NCBI GenBank assembly: GCA_046329885.1
Contig: JAXLTU010000002.1
Location: 144,520 to 208,519 of the forward strand
Origin: Bacteroidales bacterium
GTDB lineage: Bacteria; Bacteroidota; Bacteroidia; Bacteroidales; VadinHA17
Reading direction: 5' to 3'
DNA: 64,000 bases
Positions 45,112-54,803 of this stretch are shown one piece after another (positions within the stretch are counted from its first letter, which is position 1; every line of letters starts with the position of its first letter). Below the pieces are notes generated by a model. It ran no database searches. It worked only from the letters and a program-made list of their open reading frames with translations, and was not told the origin of the DNA. A program made the translations under genes and the position numbers.

Positions 45112-48100
45112 CTATTGTTTGTCGTTCTCGTTTTCTTTCTTGCGTTTATCTGTCTCACACGGGCTCACAGGTCTGTCTGATCCATTTCCTGAAACAGGCT
45201 CCCTGTCCGATGAGATACAAATAGACCATTGCCCCATTGATCCCGGATTCCTGTTGCTCAGAACAACTCTGAGATTCCCGCTGAAAAGGTAATACTGCCC
45301 TGTATTTAACCGGTAGGGTTTCCCATTAACAACCGCATCTCCTCCACCTGCAATTGGTTTGAGATAGAGACTTGATGCCTGGCCGGAGTATGTGAAATTC
45401 CGGTTTGTCAAAGAATCGCGGACTATTGTAACGGATGGCGTCACTAAACAGAATTCCCAATCCGAATTACCGGGATTAAACCTGACCCCGCATGGTTTTT
45501 CCTCTACTTTTACCTCCGACACTCCACTGTCTTCACCACATTCATTCCTGGCGGTTAATCTGAATAGATGACTGCCGGGCAACAGGGTGACGGATGATTT
45601 TATCTCACCTGTAGCGGAGGAAAATGTGAAGGATTCAACTGGCTTGTTATCGAGTGAAAGCGAAATCCCTTCCCTATCCTTTACATTCAATACTGATCCC
45701 CTCAATTCGTGTGAAGCATCCTCACTGTTAACAGCAGTTACTTTTAATTCAACAACCGGGGGTAAACAGGGTTTTTCAACAACGACAGTCTCGGATCCCA
45801 TATCTGAACCACAATCATTTCTGACAGTCACATTAATCCCATGGGTACCAGGTTCAAGCTTAAGCAGAGCCTTGAGCTCACCCCCTCCCTCTTCATATGA
45901 GAAATTGTTGATTATCTCATTATCTACCGTGATCTTTATTCCCTCCCTCGTGCTGATATTTGTTACCCTTGCAATTATCTCGTGAGTGTAGCTGTCTACG
46001 GATACCTTTTTAATCGTTAAGGATATTGTTGGTGCTGAACATGGCTTTTCAACCACTGCTGTTTCAACTTTACTATCTGATCCACATTCATTATTAACAA
46101 ATACTTTGATTGTCCAGGTTCCCGGACCGAAGTTGAATGATTCACTTAGCTTACCGGTTGCAGGATCGTATCTGAATGTTTCAACCTTATTGTCATTAAC
46201 TGACATTGTAATACCATCCCTTGACTTTACATTCTCTATACTACCAGAAAACACATGTGTTGTTCCTGCCTGGTTTGATTTTTCAATACTAAACGAGAGG
46301 TTTGGTTTTTCACAGGGTTTCTCTACAACTACAACACTGCTTTTCACTACTGATCCACACTCGTTGGTAACAGTTACCCTGATAGTAAAGGTTCCCGGAC
46401 CGAAACTGAATGATTCGCTTAGTTTTCCTGATTCAGGATCGTATTTAAACGTTTCAATCCCGCGGTCATTAACAGTAACTGATATTCCATTCCTGGATTT
46501 CACATTTTCAACATTTCCTGTCAGTACATGTGTTGCATCTCCCGAGTTTGACTTTTCAATGCTAAAAGAGAGGCTGGGTTTTTCACATGGTTTGATTATT
46601 ACTTCATCAGCGGGCCGGTAAATAATCGTACCGGCCGCCTTTGCCTTACCGCACTCGTTAGAAGCAGAGATATTGAAGGTATTTGCACCTGGTGTCAGCA
46701 TAGCCTCGAAGCTTAATTCCTTGTTTACAATCGTAAAATCCTTAATGTCTTTGCCATTAAGATTGATACTAAGCTTTTCCCTTGAATCGACAGACCTCAG
46801 GCTGGCCTTAATTATTATATTCTGTTTATCGGTAACCATGGCTTCCTGGTCAGGATAGGTAATCTTTATTTCAGGGAGAGGACATGGTTTCGTTTCCTTG
46901 ATTATTACCTGGTTCCTTATGTCCTGACCGGAATTGTTCCTTGCTGTCAACACAATTGTATTGCTGCCTTCCACGAGAGCCGGAGTCAAAACTACAGTCA
47001 TTTCTCCCTGGTCAAACCTGAAGGCGCTGAATATTGTCCCGTTTAATGTTACACTAATGTTATCACGACTAATTACTCCTGAGACCCTGGCTTTAATTTC
47101 CACTCCGGTTTCATAGGTTCTGTATGGCGAAGCAACAGGGCTTATTATCGTGATTGCGGGGGGGATTGGTTTCACAGGGAGCTCTCGTGTAATGAGTGCA
47201 ACAGCCGAGGCTTTACCTGATTCATTTTTCACTGATAATTCTACCTTGTTAATCCCCAGGTTTAACCCGATGTTACTTGTCACAATTCCCTGGTCAGTCA
47301 GGTTGAAATTGGTTATATCTTCGCCATTCACTCTCAACGAGACATCCTGCCAGAACTTCACGTTTGTAGTGCTTGCACTTATCCGGAAACTGTTCCCGGA
47401 TACAGTTACTGCCGAGGCGGGTTCTGTAAACCTGACTGAAGGACCTGGCACGATTGTCTGCCTGTTAACTATAACCACAACCTCATCCGAAGCACTTCCG
47501 GTGTTATTAATGGCCGTAATCCTAATCACGTTTCTTGGGTCAGATAATACCACATTTGACTTTACACTACCATATACCTGGTTATAATCGAATCCAGTAT
47601 TCCTGCCGTTAACCTGAAGTTTTATGTCCTGCTTCGAGTTAACATTCCTCACCCTGGCGGTGATCTCAATCGAAGCAAGCGTGGTTGTATATGTATCGGC
47701 TGATGGAATAACTATGTCGACGACAGGTGAAGATTCAACGGGAATCGCTGGCGGGTAGTTTTTAGGGACATCCTCTGTCCTCATATTATTTACCGGTGGG
47801 TTATCCGTTACCGGTGGATAATAAATCCTTCTGCTTCCACCACCACCTCCTCCTCCAAGCACCCATCTGAAGCCAAGCGTGAGGTAATTGTTCCTGTCTT
47901 TTTTTGAATCATGATTGATCCTGTTGTCCAGGTTTAATCCCGCGAAACTGTTATTCTCGTTGAGGTAAAAATTAGTTTTGAATTCCACTCCAAGCGAAAA
48001 CGAACGTGTGAACTGGTACCCGGCATAAAAACCAGCGGTTGGCAGCAGGGCGGCATGGTTGGTCAGCTTAGTTTCAAAACTGCCGTCCGCAAGTGCAAGC

Positions 48101-48612
48101 AGGTCATTATAGATCTGCTTTTTCCCGGCGGTGGGATCAATCACGGTGTAGTCGTAAAGGTTTCCATCAGCGTCTAATAGATTTGTTGCTGTAAAACCGT
48201 GAGTTATACCAAGGCCCGCGAAACCCGAGAGAACAATCCTCGTCCTTTCCCTTAACCTGTTCAGGGTCAGCCCCAGTTCAAAATCGTAATTAAAAAACCC
48301 GTACCTTATATTACTGTATGTCCCGTCAGTGTTCGCGATGTGATCAAACGCCGTGTTTTCACCGGCAAGAAACCGGAATTTCCAATCAAGTGAAAGAAGA
48401 GCATTTTGTTTTTTGTACAGGTAGCTACCCAGGTCAAAATCAAATCCGCCACCAGACGAATTCGGTATATCGGATTTTTGCCATGCTCCTCCTACTCCAA
48501 ACCCTATTGTAAGTCCCTTGTTGGTTTCGAATGTAGCTTTTTGCCCTTGCAGCGCGATTGAACTGACTGCCATTAATGCAGTAAACAAAATGAATTTTGT
48601 TGCAGATTTCAT
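45112..48612 (-). CDS. Large OM-anchored protein: signal peptide, N-terminal beta-barrel-like domain, poly-Gly/Pro linker, about ten Ig-like repeats, and a C-terminal domain
   Basis: The likely start is MKSATKF at 48612, with an alternative at 48633. The barrel-like region ends in LTLGFRWVL and is followed by GGGGGGS. Repeated ~91-aa units are bracketed by EKPC...NECG. Confidence 0.7.
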   Translation of the reverse strand: MKSATKFILFTALMAVSSIALQGQKATFETNKGLTIGFGVGGAWQKSDIPNSSGGGFDFDLGSYLYKKQNALLSLDWKFRFLAGENTAFDHIANTDGTYSNIRYGFFNYDFELGLTLNRLRERTRIVLSGFAGLGITHGFTATNLLDADGNLYDYTVIDPTAGKKQIYNDLLALADGSFETKLTNHAALLPTAGFYAGYQFTRSFSLGVEFKTNFYLNENNSFAGLNLDNRINHDSKKDRNNYLTLGFRWVLGGGGGGGSRRIYYPPVTDNPPVNNMRTEDVPKNYPPAIPVESSPVVDIVIPSADTYTTTLASIEITARVRNVNSKQDIKLQVNGRNTGFDYNQVYGSVKSNVVLSDPRNVIRITAINNTGSASDEVVVIVNRQTIVPGPSVRFTEPASAVTVSGNSFRISASTTNVKFWQDVSLRVNGEDITNFNLTDQGIVTSNIGLNLGINKVELSVKNESGKASAVALITRELPVKPIPPAITIISPVASPYRTYETGVEIKARVSGVISRDNISVTLNGTIFSAFRFDQGEMTVVLTPALVEGSNTIVLTARNNSGQDIRNQVIIKETKPCPLPEIKITYPDQEAMVTDKQNIIIKASLRSVDSREKLSINLNGKDIKDFTIVNKELSFEAMLTPGANTFNISASNECGKAKAAGTIIYRPADEVIIKPCEKPSLSFSIEKSNSGDATHVLTGNVENVKSRNGISVTVNDRGIETFKYDPESGKLSESFSFGPGTFTIRVTVTNECGSVVKSSVVVVEKPCEKPNLSFSIEKSNQAGTTHVFSGSIENVKSRDGITMSVNDNKVETFRYDPATGKLSESFNFGPGTWTIKVFVNNECGSDSKVETAVVEKPCSAPTISLTIKKVSVDSYTHEIIARVTNISTREGIKITVDNEIINNFSYEEGGGELKALLKLEPGTHGINVTVRNDCGSDMGSETVVVEKPCLPPVVELKVTAVNSEDASHELRGSVLNVKDREGISLSLDNKPVESFTFSSATGEIKSSVTLLPGSHLFRLTARNECGEDSGVSEVKVEEKPCGVRFNPGNSDWEFCLVTPSVTIVRDSLTNRNFTYSGQASSLYLKPIAGGGDAVVNGKPYRLNTGQYYLFSGNLRVVLSNRNPGSMGQWSICISSDREPVSGNGSDRPVSPCETDKRKKENENDKQ
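45495..46590 (-). repeat. Four tandem ~270-276-nt intragenic repeats encoding Cys-bracketed Ig-like modules
   Basis: The units start with EKPSLSFSIEKSN, EKPNLSFSIEKSN, SAPTISLTIKK and LPPVVELKVTA. Each ends NECGS/NDCGS...VVEKPC. The first two are the most similar. Confidence 0.7.
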
Positions 48613-48921
48613 AGTTGAGGTTTTCCAGGTCACTAGATATAAAGGTATAAAAAGTAATTTCCCCTGAACTGATCAATGCTTAAATATATGTACCCTGTCT
48701 GGGGAACCCAACGAGAGGTTCATGAGAGTGATGCATGGATAAAAAGCAGGCAGGATGGAGTTTCTACGGATCTTTGCAGTTTTAAACCCGGTGTGGCACG
48801 ATTTTAGAAACGAAAGAAGAAGTAAGCATGAATTTTGATTGATAGAATTTATCATATTTTAACAATTTCCGGATTTAATATTTATATTTATCACACTAAT
48901 AACCATTTAATACTTTAAAAA

Positions 48922-49895
48922 ATGACTTCAAGACTTCTTCGCAGATCAACCGGCATAATCCTGTTGTTATTGGGCATGGTGTTCATAGCAGAGGCACAGG
49001 ACAGGAATGCCGTTATCCAGGCTTACAACGAGGGGGCCAAAGCCATACAGACAGATGCTCCGGCAGCCATCAAGGCTTTCGAGAATACGATAGCTCTGGC
49101 CGACAAGGTTGGAGAAAGTGCAGCTGATCTAAAGCAGAAAGCCCAGGCTGTTCTTCCAGGTCTATACCAGAAAGTTGCAGCTGCTGCTATAAATGAAAAG
49201 AAAACGACCCCCGAGGTACTTTCTGCCGCAAGAGCAGCGATGAAAGTATCCGAGAAATTCGGGACCCAGGCTCAGAAAGATAATGCACTGAAAATAATGG
49301 CACAAGCCTATGGTGTTGCAGGCTCAGCCTATTTCTCGAAAAATGATTACGCTAATGCAATCGCTGCTTTTGACTCTGTTCTGGCTATTAACCCTGCTTC
49401 AGTCGGCACCATTTACAACAAGGCACTAGTGTATATGAAGCAAAATGATGCCAAATCATTCGGCCAGACTATCGACACGTATATTAGCAAGGTAAAAGAG
49501 GCAAATGACGAGGCAAAGGTAAAACAGGCTTCCACTCTTGCACTTGGCTACTTCAGGGGTGAGGGTTCAAAAGCAAACCAGGCCGAAAAACTTGACGATG
49601 CTATTGCCAACCTTGATAAAGCAGCATCTTATGGTGAAGACAAGGATCTGTATTATTATTATGCAGATGTATACAACAAGAAGAAAACTTTGACAAGGGT
49701 CTTGAAAATGCCAACAAGGGACTGGCTCTTGAGACAGGTGCACCTGAGGCAAAAGCCAAGTTTTACTTCCAGGTAGGGCTTGCTCAGGAAGGCAAAGGCC
49801 AGACAGCTGATGCTTGTGCTGCATTTAAAAATGCGGTCTTCGGTCCATTCACTGAGCCATCAAAGGCAAAAATGAAAAATCTCAAGTGCCAGTAA
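48922..49895 (+). pseudogene. Secreted TPR-repeat protein interrupted by a 1-nt frameshift in an A-run (or a sequencing indel)
   Basis: The ORF 48922..49776 changes character after ...YYYYADVYNKKK. The other frame reads NFDKGLENANKGLALETGAPEAKAKFYFQVGLAQEGKGQTADACAAFKNAVF...KCQ up to the stop at 49893-95. The shift maps to AAGAAGAAAAC at about 49684-87. Confidence 0.6.
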
Positions 49896-49941
49896 TGACA
49901 TTTCAAATCACCTTTCACAAGAATAATCTTTAAGTTCTGGA

Positions 49942-49966
49942 GGGTGCCTCGGAAGGGCACCCTTTT
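49942..49966 (+). terminator. Rho-independent terminator downstream of the restored TPR reading frame
   Basis: GGGTGCC (49942-48), a 7-nt loop, GGCACCC (49956-62), then TTTT. Confidence 0.6.
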
Positions 49967-50177
49967 CCATTGTCTGATCTACCAATTCATTGGAAGATTT
50001 CCAATCATACCTGATTCCATTGATTCTTTGCAAGCTTCCTGGTTTTGTGATTTGGCAAACTGGGTATCCATCACAGGTAATATGCAGTTCAACAAGAATG
50101 AAACTTCCCGATATCAGGAAAATTGTGTCTGATATTCTGGTCATTTTGACGATTTTTGCTATTTTTGAATAAATCCC

Positions 50178-50807
50178 ATGAATATGCTGGAAAATATTGA
50201 ACTACCTGAAGAACTGTTGATAAACATAGGTTCTGAATCGAAAGATTTCTCGATCAGGAGCAAATTACGCAGGCCTGTCAGCAGGTCGGTCGGAAGGATT
50301 TTTGGTCTAGTCTGGCTTGGCTTCATATCCGTTTTCATCTGGGTCTTCCTGGGATCGGTCATCCAGGGAGGTTCGCAGGATGTTATTATAAATGGCGAAA
50401 ACACTACTATCTCTCCCGACAATCTGAAACCAGCTACTTTCCTGATCATTTTTTTCGGGGTTTTCGTTGCAATAGGTCTATACATGATAATACCCGGTAT
50501 AGCGGGTATGTTACAGAAAGGTGGTTACTTTGTAGGTACCCCGGCAAGACTCGTCAGGTACCAGAAGAAAGTGATAAACTCGTACGACTGGAGCCAGTTC
50601 TCAGGAAATATTGAACTGAGGGGAACGAATGAGAGAGGGTCATTGACAATCGAGCTCAAGACAGGCACGATGGTAAGTTCGAAAAGTGGTAGAAGGTATG
50701 TACCGGATATTGTTTACATGATTGGAATCAGCGGTGCTTACGATATCGAAAAAATAATACGGAGAAGGATAAACGAGAATGACGAAAATCCCCATTCGAA
50801 TGTCTAG
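50178..50807 (+). CDS. Hypothetical membrane protein (TM hairpin + possible bacterial PH-like domain)
   Basis: Two hydrophobic helices are followed by a ~90-aa soluble domain. The fold assignment is a guess. Confidence 0.45.
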   Translation: MNMLENIELPEELLINIGSESKDFSIRSKLRRPVSRSVGRIFGLVWLGFISVFIWVFLGSVIQGGSQDVIINGENTTISPDNLKPATFLIIFFGVFVAIGLYMIIPGIAGMLQKGGYFVGTPARLVRYQKKVINSYDWSQFSGNIELRGTNERGSLTIELKTGTMVSSKSGRRYVPDIVYMIGISGAYDIEKIIRRRINENDENPHSNV

Positions 50808-50899
50808 CTTCAAAAAAATGTTACTTAAACAACATTCTTCCGGGAACAATTAGCTGTTTCTCTTTGTTAATTAAGAAAATAACCATAAAAACACCTATC

Positions 50900-51424
50900 A
50901 TGAAAACAAGGTTCCTTGCATTAATCACCATCGCGGCATTATTCACCGGATGTGACCTGCTTGAAAAGGCATCCACTGTGAAATTTGACACCAACCTCGA
51001 AGCCGATGTCCCGGTTGTCGTAACAGTACCAACCAAATCGACGGAAGCATCTATCCCGTTCACAAAAACACAGGACCTCAACCTGGGAGAGAATGCTGAT
51101 ATTGAACCTTATCTTTCCAAGATCAAGGAGATAGATCTAAATTCAGTAGTTGTTACAATTACCGGGCTTAATGCAGGCCAGACAATAACAACCCTTTCTC
51201 TTGATGTCACTGGCGTTGGAAATGTCTTTACGCAGAATAATATTACCATGGCTGCCAACTCGTTCACACCAACTATTTCTGCCACCCTGCTCGATCAGGT
51301 AGCTGCAAAACTTGTAAGTGACAAGAAAATCACTCTTGTATTGTCCGGTTCTGTGAGTGGAGCGTTAACAGTGTCTGTAAACCTTAACTTCGACACCACG
51401 GTTACTGCATCTGTTTTAAAATAA
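50900..51424 (+). CDS. Lipoprotein of unknown function
   Basis: The ATG at 50900 gives MKTRFLALITIAALFTGCD. Confidence 0.55.
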   Translation: MKTRFLALITIAALFTGCDLLEKASTVKFDTNLEADVPVVVTVPTKSTEASIPFTKTQDLNLGENADIEPYLSKIKEIDLNSVVVTITGLNAGQTITTLSLDVTGVGNVFTQNNITMAANSFTPTISATLLDQVAAKLVSDKKITLVLSGSVSGALTVSVNLNFDTTVTASVLK

Positions 51425-51457
51425 ATAAACAAGACTCACGGTAAAAAATACATGTCA

Positions 51458-51487
51458 AAGGCTGCCAACAATGGCAGCCTTTTTTTA
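51458..51487 (+). terminator. Rho-independent terminator
   Basis: AAAGGCTGCCA, loop ACAA, TGGCAGCCTTT, then TTTTT. Confidence 0.7.
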
Positions 51488-51645
51488 TTGCATATCTCGA
51501 AAGATCAGGATTTTAATCGTTTGCCGGGAAATTATTTCCGACCGAATCATTGACCTTTCGGTAACATGACATACTACATTTGAAAGTTCAATTTGAATTC
51601 ATACATTTATTACAGAAATGTCAAATCTTTCAAATCTGTAGTCAC

Positions 51646-53361
51646 ATGAATAACAACACGAGGCGGAGTAAGCTGCAATGGCCATTCTTGTTTTTTATGT
51701 CATTGTTAATTTCAAACGTATCCTATTCGCAATGGTCAACAGATGTAACGGCGAACACACCTGTTATTACTGATCTGAATCGCCAGAATTCATGCAGGAT
51801 CGCGAGTGACGGTAACGGCGGTGCAATAATAGTCTGGTGGGACAATGACCTGGCGACCAACGATTACAATATTTACGCCCAGAGATTAAATTATGCCGGT
51901 GTGGTACAATGGAATTCAAGAGGTATTCCGGTTTGCACAAACACCGCTCATCAGCAAAATCCAGATGTAACCGGTGACGGGAATGGAAACGCGCTGATTA
52001 CATGGTTCGACCAGAGAAATGTAAAAAATGAAGTCTATGTGCAGATTCTTGGAGCAAATGGACAGGTGAAGTGGACAACCGATGGGGTTCATGTAGGGAA
52101 AACACCTGACCATTACCAGCAGGCTGGCCCGGTGGTAACAAGTGATGGAAATGGCGGGGCAATTGTTGCATGGGAAGACTGGAGAGGAGACTTCTACAAC
52201 CCGGTGAGAAGTATTCGCGCGCAAAGAATTAGTGCAAACGGGACTATAATGTGGGGCGATGGCGGGATTAGCCTGAATGTGACAGATGGGGGATCAGGAC
52301 CCAGGATCATCAGTGATGGTAATGGAGGGGCAATAATTGCCTGGGACCAATGGACAGGGGTGTATCCAGCCGGTAGCAACGATGTATTCATTCAGAAAGT
52401 TTCACCAACTGGTAGCTTACAATGGGGAGAACATGGGATAAACCTGTGCGATCTTTCAAACATGCAGAGATTCCCGCGACTCACGAGTGACGGCAACGGG
52501 GGAGCAATTGTTGCCTGGGAAGATAACAGGAATGCCTCATACAGTACTCTCTACGCCCAGAGAATAAACTCATCGGGCGTTGTTCAATGGGCGGCTAATG
52601 GGATCAGGCTTACCAACCTCGCTTCAGGCCAGTCAAACCAGGTTCTCCTTCCTGATGGGAACGGCGGAGCGTTTATAGCCTGGGAATTTGCCAGCGGGGT
52701 TTCCGTTTTACAAAGAATAGCCAGTGATGGTACCTTGTTGTGGGATAATTCAGGCGTTTCCTTCTCCGATCTTCGAACATCAAGATACCCGGAAATGATT
52801 CATGATAACGCCGGTGGCATAATTATTACCTGGCAGGATGGATCTTATGATATCATGGCCCAGAGAGTCAGTTCTTCCGGTAGCGTGCAATGGGCCGCCA
52901 GGGGGGTATGGATTTGTTATGTCTCGATGGAACAATACAGCCCGAAGCTGACAACAGATGGCCATGGCGGGGCAATCATTGCATGGGATGACCTGAGAAA
53001 CACCAACACCACTTCAACAGATATTTATGCCCAGCAGGTGTCTCTGAACGGATCACTTGGCGTGGTAACAGCAATTGAAAAGACCAGGCAGATTGATGGT
53101 GATATCACCTTGCGCCAGAACTTCCCAAATCCTTTCAGCAATACAACAAAGGCAGTCATTAAACTTGACTCGAAAGCCAAAACAAGCCTCGTTGTTTACA
53201 ATATCTCCGGGAAAGTTGTTTGCACCCTTGCCGATGCAGTCATGGAACCTGGAGAATACACCTTTGAATTCAACTCTGGCTCTCTTCCCGAAGGTGTGTA
53301 TTACATCAGGCTCCGGTCGGGAAGTAAGACAAGCACAAGAACTATGGTAAAAATGAAGTAG
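51646..53361 (+). CDS. T9SS cargo: eight ~55-aa SDGNGGAIIAW-type repeats (propeller-like) plus a type-A C-terminal sorting domain
   Basis: The ATG at 51646 is preferred because the track start is a TTG. It has a signal peptide. The repeated motif is DGNGGAI(I/V)AW-x-D...(I/V)YAQR...G...W. The C-terminus is LRQNFPNPFSNTT...GVYYIRL. Confidence 0.8.
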   Translation: MNNNTRRSKLQWPFLFFMSLLISNVSYSQWSTDVTANTPVITDLNRQNSCRIASDGNGGAIIVWWDNDLATNDYNIYAQRLNYAGVVQWNSRGIPVCTNTAHQQNPDVTGDGNGNALITWFDQRNVKNEVYVQILGANGQVKWTTDGVHVGKTPDHYQQAGPVVTSDGNGGAIVAWEDWRGDFYNPVRSIRAQRISANGTIMWGDGGISLNVTDGGSGPRIISDGNGGAIIAWDQWTGVYPAGSNDVFIQKVSPTGSLQWGEHGINLCDLSNMQRFPRLTSDGNGGAIVAWEDNRNASYSTLYAQRINSSGVVQWAANGIRLTNLASGQSNQVLLPDGNGGAFIAWEFASGVSVLQRIASDGTLLWDNSGVSFSDLRTSRYPEMIHDNAGGIIITWQDGSYDIMAQRVSSSGSVQWAARGVWICYVSMEQYSPKLTTDGHGGAIIAWDDLRNTNTTSTDIYAQQVSLNGSLGVVTAIEKTRQIDGDITLRQNFPNPFSNTTKAVIKLDSKAKTSLVVYNISGKVVCTLADAVMEPGEYTFEFNSGSLPEGVYYIRLRSGSKTSTRTMVKMK

Positions 53362-53445
53362 GCAAAACAAGATCAGTACAAATCCTTTATCGCCGAAAGT
53401 TGGGTGGTGATCCTGCTGTTTTACTCACGTTCCGATAGCAGGTGA

Positions 53446-54009
53446 CTATTTTTTAAAATTCACAATCTCTTCAAATTTCTTCCTAGGGGTTGCTGCTGAG
53501 ACAGCGTCAACAGTTTTATCGACATTACCGATCCTCACGATAACAACTGCCTTGTACCCGGCTGGCAACTGGAAAAGGTTGCGCTTTGCATTTACATTTG
53601 ATACTGGTCCGCCGTAGATACGGGCACCAAGACCTAAAGAATGAGCTGCCAGGAACATGTTCTGAGCGGCGAGGCCACAATCAAAATCCGGGGTAGCGCC
53701 AGTCTGTGATTCAGTTCCGGACACTATTATCAGCACGTTCCCAGGCGTGATGTTGTTAATGATCTCCTTCATGGAAACCTCATCTTTAATAACAGTGAAC
53801 TTCCATGGCTGATTATTCCTTGCACTCGGGGCTTTAATCCCGCACTTAAGTATAAGGTCGATCTGCTGATCCGTAACAGGAACGTTAGTATATGTACGCT
53901 CGGAGTAAGCAGACAGCATGAGGTCTGTTGTACTGCTTCCGGCATTCTGCGCCGTCATACGCGATCCGAAAAGGATCACGATGAGAATAATTGACAATCT
54001 TGCTTTCAT
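53446..54009 (-). CDS. Nitroreductase family protein with signal peptide
   Basis: The SARNNQPWKFTVI motif, in a 187-aa protein. Confidence 0.8.
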   Translation of the reverse strand: MKARLSIILIVILFGSRMTAQNAGSSTTDLMLSAYSERTYTNVPVTDQQIDLILKCGIKAPSARNNQPWKFTVIKDEVSMKEIINNITPGNVLIIVSGTESQTGATPDFDCGLAAQNMFLAAHSLGLGARIYGGPVSNVNAKRNLFQLPAGYKAVVIVRIGNVDKTVDAVSAATPRKKFEEIVNFKK

Positions 54010-54110
54010 ATTAGTCTCTGGATTGTGATTTTACCCCTAAAGTTAAAGTATTTCCTGCAAGATTTAATCGGTCGGAATATAAGGCCAGAAATGCCTGTCA
54101 CTTTTAAAAA

Positions 54111-54803
54111 TCAGTCCCTGACTATGAACAGGTAACCATTCCCCTTGAGAGTCACTATCCTCACAGTTTCGTCATCGAAATAATTCCTTAGTTTCCTCAT
54201 GTAGACATCGAGGTTACGTGAGTTGAAATAGGAATCATCGCCCCATACAGTCATCAGCAGATCCTTCCTCGATATTATACTGTTCCTGTTCGCGTAAAGC
54301 ATCCTGAGCACCTGCATCTCGCGGTTGGAAAGTTTCTTGCTGCCCGACGGTGTTGTGAGCTCATACCTTACAAAATCGACAGAATACTTTCCAAGTGAAA
54401 TGTTAACGGGGATCTCACCCTCGTTTCTTACTCCCCTTGCCAGCCTTACCTGGTTCTCTATCCTTGCTATCAGTTCTTCAATGCTGAATGGCTTTTTAAT
54501 GTAATCTGTTCCACCTGCCTCGAATCCCTTCACGAGGTCTCCTGTTGAAGTTCTGGCTGTCAGGAAAATTACCGGGAGAAAAGGATATATACCCCTTATA
54601 GTCCTGCAAAGGCTGTAGCCATCTATACCGGGAAGCATTATATCAAGAACACATACATCAGGCATCTTCTCATCAAAATGACCCATTACGTTTGCCCCGT
54701 TACTTTCCCAGGTCACATCATAACCCTGTTTCTCGAGAGTCGCGTGAACTATCCTGCCGAGCGATAATTCATCCTCAATGTACAAAATGGAAATCTCAGG
54801 CAT
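54111..54803 (-). CDS. OmpR-family response regulator transcription factor
   Basis: Receiver ILYIEDE...VCVLDIMLPGIDG...KP, and a C-terminal winged helix (LSNREMQVLRML...GNGYLF). Confidence 0.9.
   Translation of the reverse strand: MPEISILYIEDELSLGRIVHATLEKQGYDVTWESNGANVMGHFDEKMPDVCVLDIMLPGIDGYSLCRTIRGIYPFLPVIFLTARTSTGDLVKGFEAGGTDYIKKPFSIEELIARIENQVRLARGVRNEGEIPVNISLGKYSVDFVRYELTTPSGSKKLSNREMQVLRMLYANRNSIISRKDLLMTVWGDDSYFNSRNLDVYMRKLRNYFDDETVRIVTLKGNGYLFIVRD

Noticed and set aside
45587-47587. Plus-strand ORFs of 132-171 aa (45587..45985, 46106..46621, 47150..47587) inside the big repeat-protein gene.
   Set aside because: They are antisense shadows of the tandem Ig-like repeats and show the same periodicity. 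The minus strand carries one uninterrupted 1173-codon frame.
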